DNA from: Catajapyx aquilonaris
Taxonomy: Eukaryota
DNA length: 20,000 nt
Reading direction: 5' to 3'
NCBI GenBank assembly: GCA_000934665.2
Contig: JYFJ02001568.1
Coordinates: 56,447-76,446, forward strand
A program made the translations under genes and the position numbers. The notes beneath the pieces were generated by a model. That model saw nothing but the letters and a program-made list of their open reading frames with translations, was not told the DNA's origin and made no database searches. The number at the start of each line of letters is the position of its first letter. The first letter of the stretch is position 1. This document shows positions 1 to 11,210 of this stretch, piece by piece.

Positions 1-53
1 GGTCCGACGGGAGGCAGCTTGGACTTGAGAAGATTCTTTTCCAAGGCGGACAT
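1..53 (-). CDS. Possible N-terminus of a divergently transcribed gene running off the left edge (MSALEKNLLKSKLPPVG...)
   Basis: Minus-strand ATG at 53-51 in an insect-like Kozak context (CAAAG-ATG), open to the window edge with coding-like composition. Too short to identify. Confidence 0.35.
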   Translation of the reverse strand, partial: MSALEKNLLKSKLPPVG

Positions 54-135
54 CTTTGAACCGCGTTCGGACCCACGCTCATCAGAACCGACCTTTTTTT
101 GATCACAACAGCGATACGAACGCACCAAAACAACA

Positions 136-148
136 GTAACCAGGTAAC
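136..148. promoter_or_regulatory. RFX X-box motif GTAACCAGGTAAC
   Basis: Exact match to the RFX consensus GTNRCC-N(0-3)-RGYAAC. It lies about 85 bp upstream of the putative minus-strand ATG and about 745 bp upstream of the plus-strand ATG at 892. Confidence 0.5.
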
Positions 149-891
149 AATACGAAATATTTTTTTAAACAAATCATCCGAAAATACAAGTAGAGTACGG
201 CAGAGTGTACCGGATTTCCACAGATGCACAGGACAGCCAAGTAGTAACCGCGATAAGGTGACAATGGTGGGGAGGACAAAGAATTAAGTGTGTCTTACCA
301 GACCACGGTGATGGCATTGGACATGACTTTTGGCCACTTGGTTTGGGCAGAGCTTCCCGACAAACTACTGACATGCTACGATATATTGATTAACTTACGC
401 CCATTAACCCTGCAGGGGATATGGCCTAAGGGCAATTGATGGACGCATGGCATATGTATATTGGGAGGGGAAGGCTTAATTGCTACTGTAATTACTAACC
501 GATTATTTTTGGAGTGAAGGTCAGTGGGCTGGGATGTCTAGTGTCATCCTGCACTTCAGATGCTGTCCGCAAAGCTATAAAGTGACAACTAAAGGGGGTA
601 ATAACACTCTAATGCTAATTAATCTGATTTCAAACCTTCATAAATATTTATCCGCAAAGAAACAAGAGGCCAAAAATATTAATTAAAGTTTCGGGGATTT
701 GTGACTATCTCTTCCCGAAGAAATATTGTTATGCAAAATCATTCATGTCATATTTTCAGTTTGAACTTTTCGTTCTTTTCAGCTTCAGTTTTCAATAATT
801 GTACTTGGTACAGTACATTGCAACGTTTGAAGTCAGAGTGATTGAATAATTCGCAGAAACACCATTGCGATTTAATTTTTCAGGCTTCATC

Positions 892-940
892 ATGAGTAGC
901 ACACGTGACTCTATCACTTCCACGGAGTCCACAAATTTGG
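892..940 (+). CDS. CatSper-zeta-like gene, coding exon 1 (MSSTRDSITSTESTNL)
   Basis: Acceptor ttttcag ends at 883 and ATG is at 892. Phase-1 donor GT at 941 is weak, and the following 102-nt intron is itself open and in frame. Confidence 0.5.
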
Positions 941-2403
941 GTCTATTGAACTGGCTGTTATCAGCATTGCATATCAGTATGTCACCACATTTTTGGCATC
1001 TTACAATAAGTAGATGTGTCATTATTGCATTGCTTCTTGCAGAAAGGTCCAAGCCGAAAGTGAGAAGAAATCTTCATGATTTTCTCGGTACTGGGTTATT
1101 GGGCGATGGTGGACTTGACATACCTGACAAGCTCTTTGAAAAGATTGTTGGACCAGGCGCCGCAACTGATCCGAGGAGGTCTGAGAGCGACTACAATAAA
1201 TCCGAAGGAACCACACAAAGTTCCGTAGATATTTCCAGTCTTTCGGACATGAGCAGAAAGACAACCTTTTATATGCCAGTAGTCAAAAAGGTTATTGGTA
1301 ACATTAGCATTGAAATCAACGTTAAAGCAGTTAATGACTCTTGGTTTTTACTCACAGAATTTCACTATGGATTGGACAGGAAGGTACCGAAGTCCTGGGC
1401 CAGATTGCACGTCCTTTCAGCGGTACACTGAGATTATTCGTGCTAAAGACGAAATAGAGGAGGAAGAGATGCACAAGTACGGCCTGACATTGGGATATGA
1501 ATTATTATGCATTGATTTCCTGTAGAATTTATAGGAGTTCCATCACATTATTTAGTTCCTGCAAATGCCATTGACTCGCTGATTTTTTGTTTGTTTTTTA
1601 GACTGAAAGCTCGCTCTTTGATCCCGGCACCAGCTGAAGGATATTTTCAGGATTGGCTACCACAGCAACACGATGGAGAACCTGTAAGTCATTGTCTCCT
1701 TTTGCACTTCAGTTCGTATCCCGGCTTGGGAAATGGTCAAGTCAACAATCATCTGGCTATACTTACTATAGTAGTCCATTGCAACAATGCAACAAAGGAA
1801 GTAACCTATATTTCAGCTGAAGCGTCGTATGAGGCGATTCTCCGCGATCTATCGCGCAGCTGCAAAGAGGAAATCACGCCAGCACAAGACAAAAGGTGAT
1901 AGCAAGGACCACGAAGAAGTGGAGGAGTACAGCGACTCTGACATCCCGCGACGCACGTCGATCTTAGACGACGAACCCATCGAGAAGCTAATTGAAGATG
2001 TCACGCACCCAGCAATCTTTCGAGGAATTGGGATGTCCCAGGTGAGATTGAACACGAAACTTAACCTAACCTAGACCGGGTCTTGAAAATAACCCCTGAC
2101 ATGACCTTTGACACAACCAGCTTCTTTTATTGACAGAATCACCACACTGACAAACTGATCCACCTGAAGAAGGTAGCAGAAGACAAAGAACACTTTGCGT
2201 TCTTACGCGACTTCGACGTGGCCCTGTCTGAAGACGTGCCGATTCCAGCCATGACACAGGTTTGCAAGGAATGCATACCAGTACTGGAGTCTGTTGTGTC
2301 GTACTACAAGAGAAACTTTGGCTCAGATCATCGTGTAACTCTCGAGGCGATGACCCGCCTTGAGGTTATCCAGGAGGAACTGGATGATTTGAAATCGTGT
2401 TAA
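892..2403 (+). CDS. Six-exon gene, about 329 aa, uncharacterised protein with a CatSper-zeta (TEX40)-like C-terminal domain
   Basis: Exons 892-940, 1043-1290, 1358-1476, 1602-1683, 1817-2041 and 2137-2403 total 990 nt. All five introns are GT..AG (102, 67, 125, 133, 95 nt) with compatible phases (1,0,2,0,0), joining five separate ORF-track fragments into one frame that ends in TAA at 2401-2403. The C-terminus DVPIPAMTQVCKECIPVLESVVSYYKRNFGSDHRVTLEAMTRLEVIQEE resembles the CATSPERZ C-terminus. The first exon and start codon are the least certain part (weak donor G|GTCTAT; acceptor TTTTCAG at 883 implies an upstream exon). Confidence 0.8.
1043..1290 (+). CDS. CatSper-zeta-like gene, coding exon 2
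   Basis: Acceptor cttcttgcag ends at 1042; donor AAG|GTTATT at 1291. Encodes ERSKPKVRRNLHDF...FYMPVVKK. Confidence 0.7.
1358..1476 (+). CDS. CatSper-zeta-like gene, coding exon 3
   Basis: Acceptor tttttactcacag ends at 1357; donor AA|GTACGG at 1477. Encodes NFTMDWTGRY...EEEEMH. Confidence 0.7.
1602..1683 (+). CDS. CatSper-zeta-like gene, coding exon 4
   Basis: Acceptor tgttttttag ends at 1601; strong donor CCT|GTAAGT at 1684. Confidence 0.75.
1817..2041 (+). CDS. CatSper-zeta-like gene, coding exon 5
   Basis: Acceptor atatttcag ends at 1816; donor CAG|GTGAGA at 2042. Encodes LKRRMRRFSAIY...GIGMSQ. Confidence 0.8.
2137..2403 (+). CDS. CatSper-zeta-like gene, terminal coding exon containing the conserved domain
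   Basis: Acceptor cttcttttattgacag ends at 2136. Encodes NHHTDKLIHLKK...ELDDLKSC* with TAA at 2401-2403. Confidence 0.8.
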   Translation, partial: NHHTDKLIHLKKVAEDKEHFAFLRDFDVALSEDVPIPAMTQVCKECIPVLESVVSYYKRNFGSDHRVTLEAMTRLEVIQEELDDLKSC

Positions 2404-4186
2404 CATGCTGACTGTGATTTGAATTATATCATTAGACCATCACTGTTTGAACACTGTCAAAATGACATTTTTTTGTAGTACATCCCAGATCATATCCTTG
2501 TGCCACAAGTGACTTACTTGTGTGCTATGTTACGGATAGCCCAAGGAGGAAATGGGTTTCCATTGACCAAGCACAAGTTCCGCTTATCGAGCGAGTTCAA
2601 GCTCCGGATGTGATATTTGGCCCCACAGTTACATTTCCTGCCAAATAAGCAGCAAGAGATGTGCAGTGTGTGTACAGATCGGCAAGTTGAATGAACATTT
2701 CAACGATAAATATTCATAAACTGTATAGCTAACTGTAGCTATAGGGTCGACGTTAAAAAAAACCATTCGATTCAATTTTCTCTGGAATCAACCTTGCTAT
2801 CACACTGTTGTCTCCAGATAAGATCATCTCAACAATCTATCATTTCGCAGAAGTTATATCCCATGAATCAGATGAAGAAATGAACGCAATATAATGCATA
2901 TCCATCTGTCGGTTTTATTCGCATAGTTAGACAACCGTAAGAACATCACATGAATTGGACGTGTATTTTTTGCTCCTTTTTATGAAAGAAGTAGACTGCT
3001 GGGAGGGTGCAAGGTATCTTTTAGTTACGCCCCAGAGAGCGTGACTTATGTTGGGGGCTGTTGGGTGCCGGCGTCATTTCATGTTGGTTGATGCGGCGCC
3101 AACTTCTGCAGACTATTGCAAAAGGAACCTGAAACTACCAGACCATGTTTGATGGCCTCCTACCACGAAAAGGTACACGAGGCCTGAATGGTGGCCGATG
3201 TGAAAAATGGCGGCCAACTTCTGACAGATATAAGCTCTTCCTGTTTGCATAACCAGTTATCATTTTTGCGGTTTTCCTACCGCGGTTGACACAAGCTGGT
3301 TTTTTTTTTACAGAATGCTACCGTGGCCATTAGTCTGGTCCTGCTTAGTTACCTGCTAATGTACTGTTGACACACGAGTAGTTGCTGCCAGTAAAACTGC
3401 GCAGTGTACAACACACTTCATGTTGTTTTCAGTCAGTTTTAATTATTCACACTGAGAGTTTCATAGCTTTTTCTTTTTAGTAAAACTTCATGGTTGAACC
3501 GAACTAATGTTGCGGCGAAAAATGGCGAAAATAATATTACTGATCACAAATTGTGAATGTGCAGTACATTTGTGTGTATTTTCTCTGGACAATCAGTTGC
3601 GCACCATATATGAGTGGTCAAGAGGTCACTTGAGGTGAAGAGCATTAACACTGCTATGTGTAGCAAGGGATGCACGCTCTGGTGGCCTGAAGGCTTCCAG
3701 ATAACGAGGAAGGTGTTAATGGGGGAACCCTATAGAACCGTCTATGGAACACTGGTCATGCTTCATCCTGGTAATTCAGGAAGAGATTTTTGGGGCCACC
3801 AACATAAAGCTATTTTAAAACCGCTTTTAAGAGAAAGTGTGTATGTACCACACACACAGATAGGGCCACTCAGAGAAAGCCATGCCCCGAACCCTATTGG
3901 CACTCTAATCACGAACCAACATGACCATGTATGGTGGCGGCTTCACCACATACTAACATTACCTACCGAGATGGAATCGCAGGGTTTGTGGCCCCGTTTT
4001 CTACCCCTTTTCCCACCCTAGTTTGGCTCTATCAGAGGCGTAGGCGAAATATTCGCGCATCTGCGAAGGTGACATGCAGCAACCTCGTGTGACGTCATTT
4101 CAGAGGAATTCACGCACTGACCTTGGTGTACTTGCATCAACGACCGCACAATCGCACATTGGCACTGGTGCGTCTTAATAGTCATA

Positions 4187-4346
4187 CAGGGTGGCAAATA
4201 ACTGAATTCAAGCACCGGTTTGGCCCAGGGTGTGGACTATTAACGGGTAATTTTTTTTGGCGTGAAAACCTTCGTGCGAAACGTGTCTAATTTTTGCGAA
4301 CACGACCTCATTTGACAGCAGGAAATTTGGCCAATGTACCACCCTG
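4187..4346. mobile_element. Possible mariner-like MITE with CAGGGTGG termini
   Basis: TA|CAGGGTGG at 4185-4194 and CCACCCTG|TC at 4339-4348. The inverted match is short and the right TA is degenerate. Confidence 0.3.
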
Positions 4347-5030
4347 TCTGAAATTTTTTTTTCTTCGGTCAATCTCATAACGATAATGGCCTGCCGTTTA
4401 TGACCAACCATAACTTGACACCTGTTCTAAAAAGCGGCGATACGAGTCGATTGCGGTCGTTACGCAAAAGGTACTGGTAACTGTAGGTGTAAATAAATGA
4501 CGTACCGGCGAATTATGATCAGCCCGCAGGCAATTGCCAATCATGCAAACTAACGGCTTCGTTATTTTCGCGACAGCTACTTGGCATCCTTGACCCAAAT
4601 GGCCGTGTTTGGGAGTCCCAGGTTTCGGGGACTTCAGGCTTTCACCGTTCATTTTATCCCGTCTTTTAGGAGCCTTCAGGACACCAGCCCTAACCCTACA
4701 CCACATCTGGTTCCCAATTTAGCGAATCATGCCGGAAGGTATCAGATGGCAACTAAGGCAACATCTGTCTAACAGCACTTCCCCAGAAATTATTTGTGTA
4801 CTTACAGGATGGTGACGATTGTAAAAAAAATGTCCCATACAAATCCTCTTCAAAAGGTACTATATTGACCACCTGCGGAGTTCCTCAGATTGTCTTTCTC
4901 AACCTCCAGTGGAGTGTTCCACATTCAGGGATGGACATGACTTTCTAGGAACATTTATTATGACGACGTACGGCGCCTTCCCTATTGTCATAGCCAGACC
5001 CAAATGTGGCAAAAATTACATATTTTTGTT

Positions 5031-5059
5031 CNNNNNNNNCCCCCCCCCCCCCCCCCCCC
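5031..5059. other. Poly-C homopolymer with an assembly gap (N at 5032-5039)
   Basis: 8 Ns followed by 20 Cs. A similar gap (N 16779-16787) lies in the SINE poly-C tract. Confidence 0.9.
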
Positions 5060-8000
5060 ATCATGATAATCCGGCCATTGTTTTCACATTGTACTGTACT
5101 TGGACTCTGGCCAAAAAGGCAAAGCAGCGAGACCCAAGATAGCAGTATAAGGGAGATGACCGATTTGACATTGGTGCGTGTCATAGCCTCCATCATCTAA
5201 GTTTTCCCCCCATCAAAAATGTATATTCACTTACATCTCATCCCATTATCTGTATGTTGTTGATCAACCTCAGGTAGCGAAAACATACTTTCACTTGCTG
5301 CCTGCTCCGAGGGAAATGTCGGTTCGGATTAGACTAACAAGATATCAAAGAGCTAAAATATGAGCAGGATTTAATTAAGGGAGAAGGTGGGTCGCACGTG
5401 ACGTGATGTGTGAATCGACTAATCCGAACGGTACATAACTGGCACATGTCACGAGAGCGTCGTACCTTTTCACTTCGTATATGGACTAACAATTTGGCTA
5501 TATGGAATAGTGCGCACCCACACTCGCGCAGCTCTATTGATAATGCCGATGCACGTTTTTAAACAATCATTTCTAGCAAGATTAACACCTGGCTAGAGTG
5601 CTGATAATCCGCGTCAAAGGTGACTTTATACAGGAACAATTTTCTCTTTCTGTGCAACCTCAATGGGAACTACGACCGGTGTGCCCAATAAGGTCGCACG
5701 TTTTTATAGTCGGCGACTTTAGCAATGCGATTTTGTCACGTGTGAGTGTCCACCCCCTGCGGTGTGTACTTATTGACGCCGTTGCAACACAGCCCAATGA
5801 CCTGTAAATGAGCATATCTACGCATGTAAAATTGCTAAATGTACGGTTAGATAAACCTGAGTTGGCAGGTCGATAGTAGTACGTGCAATACCAGTTGTTA
5901 TTGATATCGATTGTTTTCACATCAGATCCAATTGTGACTGCCAGTTGGACGCTGAGTTGTGCAGTCGGAGCCAATTCAAACGAGTCAAAGGCATGTTGGG
6001 AGATAGATAGAACCGGATCGCAGTGTTGCCATGTTTGATTCAGGAATTTTATTATGAAGAGAGAGAAAAAAACTATGCACAATTTGGACGTCACATCGTT
6101 GACGCTCAGCCGGAATTTCGCATTGTTTTCTAGATGCCATTGTGTCAAACTTTCACGCGCAGATTTTTTTTTGCATCCATATCGCGCAAAATATTGGCTT
6201 TCTCCCATTTCAGTACACGCGGAAAAAAAACTGGTCAGATCAAGTGACAAAATCTCACTTCCTGGTGCATGACAGCACAAAATGTAATACTGTCGCTGTT
6301 TACATTACACCGCGTGTGTGGTTGAATTAATTGGACATGTTCCAACACTTCTGACTCATTATTTATAAATTGGACTCTCCATATTACAGTAGCTTCATCA
6401 ACTATTTAAAAAAAAATTAATTTACAGGAAGTATTTTTTTTGACACAACGATACAGTTTGTCCCATACATTTTTCAAAAAAAGTGCAGACCCTTGTGACT
6501 TTTTTGTGCAATTTTTTTGGGAGAGCCAGACACTTTTTTGTGACAAATTCCCAAGAGGGGCGTAATGAGACAGACGTGGGGTGGGGTAGGGTGGGATCGG
6601 ATGTTTTTGTGAGTCAGAGGAAAAGCACCGTACATGATAGAAGGGGACTGGAGTTGGCGGGGGTGATACTGATTGCAAGAGGCAGACATCGATCCCCAGC
6701 GTTTCCAAATGGGCGCATGCATCCTCATTTGCTGTCCATATTGCTAAATGATGAACTCTAAGCGGCTTTCAAAGGTTAAGGGTCTACTGACAGGTATAAA
6801 AATAATTAATCGCGTTTCAAGATAAGGCCACCTTATTGCCTATCAGTCATTAATATTGTTATCATTACTTGATAATGTGGATAAATACACTACCTATGGA
6901 TTCGATGACACCAAATAGATCCATAGGGTTCAAGATTTATTATGCAGTGTAATTGGCGTGACTAACAATAGCGTGATAATTAATTAAGCAATGAGGCAGT
7001 GTTCAGTAGTGAGAGCCAAATATTTGGACTCATCATGCCAACATTGCTGCTCACATTCTGAATATGATGCCAGGATGTCCTTCTTTCCATGTTATTAATT
7101 TGCATCAAGATGTCACAGTTACTTGAACTCCAATTGGTCTGTTCCGTGTTATATTCCTTGTGATTTTCTAATTGAAAAAAAAACAACCGATATGCTGAAT
7201 TTTGTAACATCACTGTGCATAATTATTAGAGCTCATGTACTGCAGTACTACTACGACATCAGGCAATGTATCACAGTACCGTAACACTACCGGGCTGCTA
7301 ATTAGCATCTGATAACGTGCCACGATGCGAATTGGATAATACGTTATGAATATTTACCATCGCGCGTTTATTAACCGCAACACTCTGTAACCAACCCCAG
7401 GCAAACCCCCATATCAAAATATTCAAAACGTAAATAGTGCACACCATTTAAGCTGTACACTACACCTGCTCAGTTTGAGTGCAGGTCAGTGCTCATTATT
7501 ACAATTTTCCCGATCCAAAATGTCACAAAATTGAAAATTGGACCAATCAGCTCCCTCCGATTTGAATCGATTTACCAAAAAAATATAAAAAACGCTCAAA
7601 ACTTTTTTTTATTTTTTTATTACAAAAAAGGTGCAGTGGGGGTGCGGCAACTGCTACGAAGTGGGTGATTCGGGGGTGCTTTTGTGAGTCATCAACCCAC
7701 CACCCCTCCCGCCCCCCCGTAGCAACCGCCTCCTTTCTCCTCCTCCTCCTCCCCATCCAAACCCCACGCGCCCCCCTCTTATTTTCCCCCGGCTTGTGTT
7801 AGTAGCGAGAGCGACGTGGCCGAGTGGAGACCTCAGGGTTTTTTCCATATAAGTGGCCGGCGTTTTTCTTAGTGCCCCAGCTACCCCCCAAGCCTTGTGT
7901 AAGTACAACTTGACAGGTGCGTATGACCCGCACCTGTTCACAAAAACCAGGTGCCCGGAAATTAGGTAGAGGGGGGGTGTTCGCATATGTGGATGACTGT

Positions 8001-8368
8001 ACCCATGGCGACAAGATGTCCGCTGAACCAGTTTTTTGACCAGTCTCCGCGGACCAAGTTTGGCAACGTAACTGTGCATGCTAGCTGTAGAGGCCTTTGT
8101 CCCAGCCGCGATAGACGCGACTATAGGCATGCCGACTATAGATCCGGCCTTCAACTTGAACCAAAGTCCGCGTCTGTGAGTCAGGAGGAAAAAAAAAACT
8201 TCGATAAGCTGACTTCATCCTGTCACACCCAAACGATAGCATATAGAAGTGGCTATGTGACTCTGTCCTATCATGAAGAATTGGCTAGGTGTCTGTCCAG
8301 GCGTTGACTCGGGGTGGGCTGGGCAGTGTTGCCTAATTTTGGCAACGGGTTCACTGCTTGTCTAGCCT

Positions 8369-8488
8369 TTCGGTTATAACATACTCGAAAGGCCGGTCCC
8401 GTCATACTTCCATATATGACGTATGTATTCGGCTATAACAGACGGATTTCCGCAGTCCCCTGAAGTCTGTTATATCCGGATTCAACTG
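8369..8488. mobile_element. Truncated pogo/Tigger-like (Tc1-mariner superfamily) MITE end
   Basis: Ends GTTATATCCGGATTCAACTG|TA (a CAGT-type TIR plus TA), with subterminal repeats TTCGG(T/C)TATAACA at 8369 and about 8429. No matching left TIR found. Confidence 0.55.
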
Positions 8489-11068
8489 TATTTTCATTAA
8501 TTTAAGGATGCACCGCCACTACGCTAACCGAGGCGTGATGCCCACCTCAGATGAGTTCGTGTCTTTTAGGGATATTGTGTGATTTTTTAAAAGTACAGTA
8601 GCTGACTGCGAATGGATTTGACTGGATGACCACACCTTCTGGGTCGAGGTCATTTGACTGCCTCCGCGCGCACATCCTTTTTTAGCAGTTGTAACGGTGT
8701 TTTCCCCTCGTTTCTTTTTGGGTGTACCTTCTTTTGGAGTGTGCCCACCACATTGCGGTTCTGTCGCGTTTTTGTTACAGGGCAGTGAACAGGGCTTGCA
8801 TTGTCAGGGACAAGTGGGTCATACTAATAGGTTTACATCTGAACCGGATAAGGGCCATCCGATGCGCGTCAGCTGGTTTTATATTGAATTCGCGAATCGT
8901 CTATCCGTTAATTTTAGGTGACCCGTTTTGCTATACGGTCACGGTCAGGTTTGCAATAAGGCAACATTCGAGCCACGTGCTGTTCATTAGATACCTGTCA
9001 AGGATCTGTGGTTTCTCATAATTACTTAATTATATGCATCGCCGCCGGATATTATGGCGAAATTATTATGACGTCACTGGAATGTAAACGACGCACTTCC
9101 ACTTATTTACATCTCTAAATACATTAAGGGATGAGTAGACAATAACCAAAGCTGGCTGTTGGTTCGGCATGCTTTTAGGCCAGACTTTTTTTTTCTTCGT
9201 CTTCAACCACCCCTCTTCTTCCATCCGGTAAAGCAGCTGTTCACATATTCATGAGGTTGCCTGGTTGCCATTCTTCTAATCGAGTGAATGGTGAATTGAC
9301 CGAATCTCGTGTGACATGGTTGCTCTCATTCGCCAATTTTGGCAATGAAAAAGTAGGATGAGCATATTCGGCCACAACCCGGATGCGAAAAAAATTCCGC
9401 AATGAAATTTTCCTGCTGCGTATTGGCATTATTCGATGAGGAAGATATTTGAAGGCGTGGTAAAAATGTCCTCGACCTTCACTGGAGTCTGCAGACATAC
9501 CCAAGGACAACACCTTGACCTTCTCAAAATTTACGCTCCGAGGACAGAATTAAACGAGGCATTTCAAGAGCAATCCGGTGTAACTTTGAGGCCAATTCCC
9601 CATCCACGATTAGATGAATGGCGTCACGTACAGGAATGTGGACGGAGGCCGATATGGGAAGATTGATTTCCTGTGGGGAGGGGTTTTTCATTTCAAATAT
9701 TTTCGACGCCATTGCCAGGTTGTGCAGATACGACTTTTTTTTGCTGCGGATCCCAATATAATGCGTCTGAAGGATTAATTTCTGTGCCGGAAATGCAATT
9801 GGGTGGTATATGTTGAGAGGGGTCGGAGGTCCTTCCTCCCAGCTTCCCCACACAGATCGATTCCTGTAGGAGAGTTGGCAATGGCGGTAGGGAGAAAGAG
9901 GGAACGCGTAGGTTGGACCCCCAAGTTGAATAGAAAGCAAATGGAGGAGTCTGAAACTACTCTCCCTTTTCTCTTTTAGGGATTCCTATAGAGATGGGCA
10001 AATTACACGAGACTAATGAATCGGAGGGTGCATATTTTTCGTTAATGACATATGCGTTGTTGCCAAATGTACCGTATTCAAAGAGGTCCAGTTGTTGTTG
10101 ACCCAGAAGCACAAAATGTAGTTTAGGTCTAAGAATAGCGCCCAATTAGGTTCATCTTGACCGGATGTTGTGTACTGGTTTGATGCTCACCTTTTCCATG
10201 AACCCGACACGGGTCGTCGACCCTTCCCTGCTGCATTCGGAAGGGGACAGGCGGTACAGAATCGGCCAGACACGTGTCCTGCATATATGGCCCACACAGT
10301 GCAGAACCCGATTCTATCACACCCCAGTCTTAAAATTGAACCATGATTGCAGCCCAGGAGGAAACCCACATCCTGTCTACAACTTACCCCGTTCCGCTCC
10401 AATCGCGTCTTTATGAGAGCTGAAGACCTTCAGGTATAAAAATGGCTGAAGACACGCCAGATGGACACAACAATTTTTGCAGAAATTAGCTCGTTTGCTA
10501 GGACCATTGTTGTAGCATTTATTTACAATGTACAATGGTGCTGGAAAGAGAGGGACCGAAGTCTTTTGTGGCTGAGAGGTCGGTGGCCCGCCGTGACCAT
10601 GAAAGGATCGGGCTGATATTCACACAGCCTTAGGAGAAGATATAGAAGGCAAAGTGTTGACCCTCAGACCCACATTCGCTATTAGAAAGTGCTTTAAAAA
10701 AAATTGCAGAATGAATGGACCGTTTTACTCAAATGTGTTGCATAAGGAAGATTGCAGGACAGATTGGTTCTATCAATACATGCAGGGGGAAATAACATGT
10801 TAAGGTGGCTTCCAGTTGGCAAGGTCTCTGTACCCAAAACCATTCTTTATATGGGAAATTAAGGGGGGAAGAAACCTGTTTGACCACCTAGGTGAATTAT
10901 ATTCGGCTGAAGAAAAGGCATGGAAATACTTGAAAAGTTATCCACCTCAATCTGCACTCATGTAATGTCACACGAGAAAACTTTTTTAAATGTGTAGGAT
11001 AATGATATATTCTCCCTTATTTTCAGACGTGGCCTTTTGTTCTAGTCTGAACTTAACTGCACAACGAG

Positions 11069-11210
11069 ATGTCTTGCGGACCTCTGAGCCCATCCCTCAA
11101 AGACCTGCCCAAAGTGGCTCCGGATCTGAAGACCCAGCTGGAAGGATTCAATCCGGATAACATGAAGAAGGCGGCCACCCAGGAGAAGATTATTCTCCCA
11201 ACGGCTGAAG
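11069..11210 (+). CDS. cib: Beta-thymosin coding exon 1
   Basis: ATG at 11069; donor GAAG|GTGAGC at 11211. Confidence 0.95.

Noticed and set aside
3090..4021. PEWWP / LWWPEG peptides reminiscent of NRF1/Ewg-type domains, plus a repeated GCCAACTTCTG
   Set aside because: The frames are interrupted by stops and the motif is too short. Possibly a decayed transposon, but this cannot be supported.
5031..5059. Poly-Pro/poly-Gly ORFs at C-runs
   Set aside because: Artefacts of homopolymer tracts adjoining assembly gaps (also at 16775-16803).
5660..6280. 206-aa minus-strand ORF
   Set aside because: No recognisable domain, composition typical of translated non-coding DNA, and no supporting splice structure.
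9241..10416. Cluster of overlapping 60-140 aa ORFs
   Set aside because: No homology recognised on either strand and no consistent exon chain; likely upstream or intronic sequence of cib.
10435..10442. TATAAAAA as the cib core promoter (also TATA at about 6794 and Inr-like TCAGTT at about 7470)
   Set aside because: No correctly spaced Inr plus downstream donor could be assigned, so the non-coding first exon cannot be located from sequence alone.
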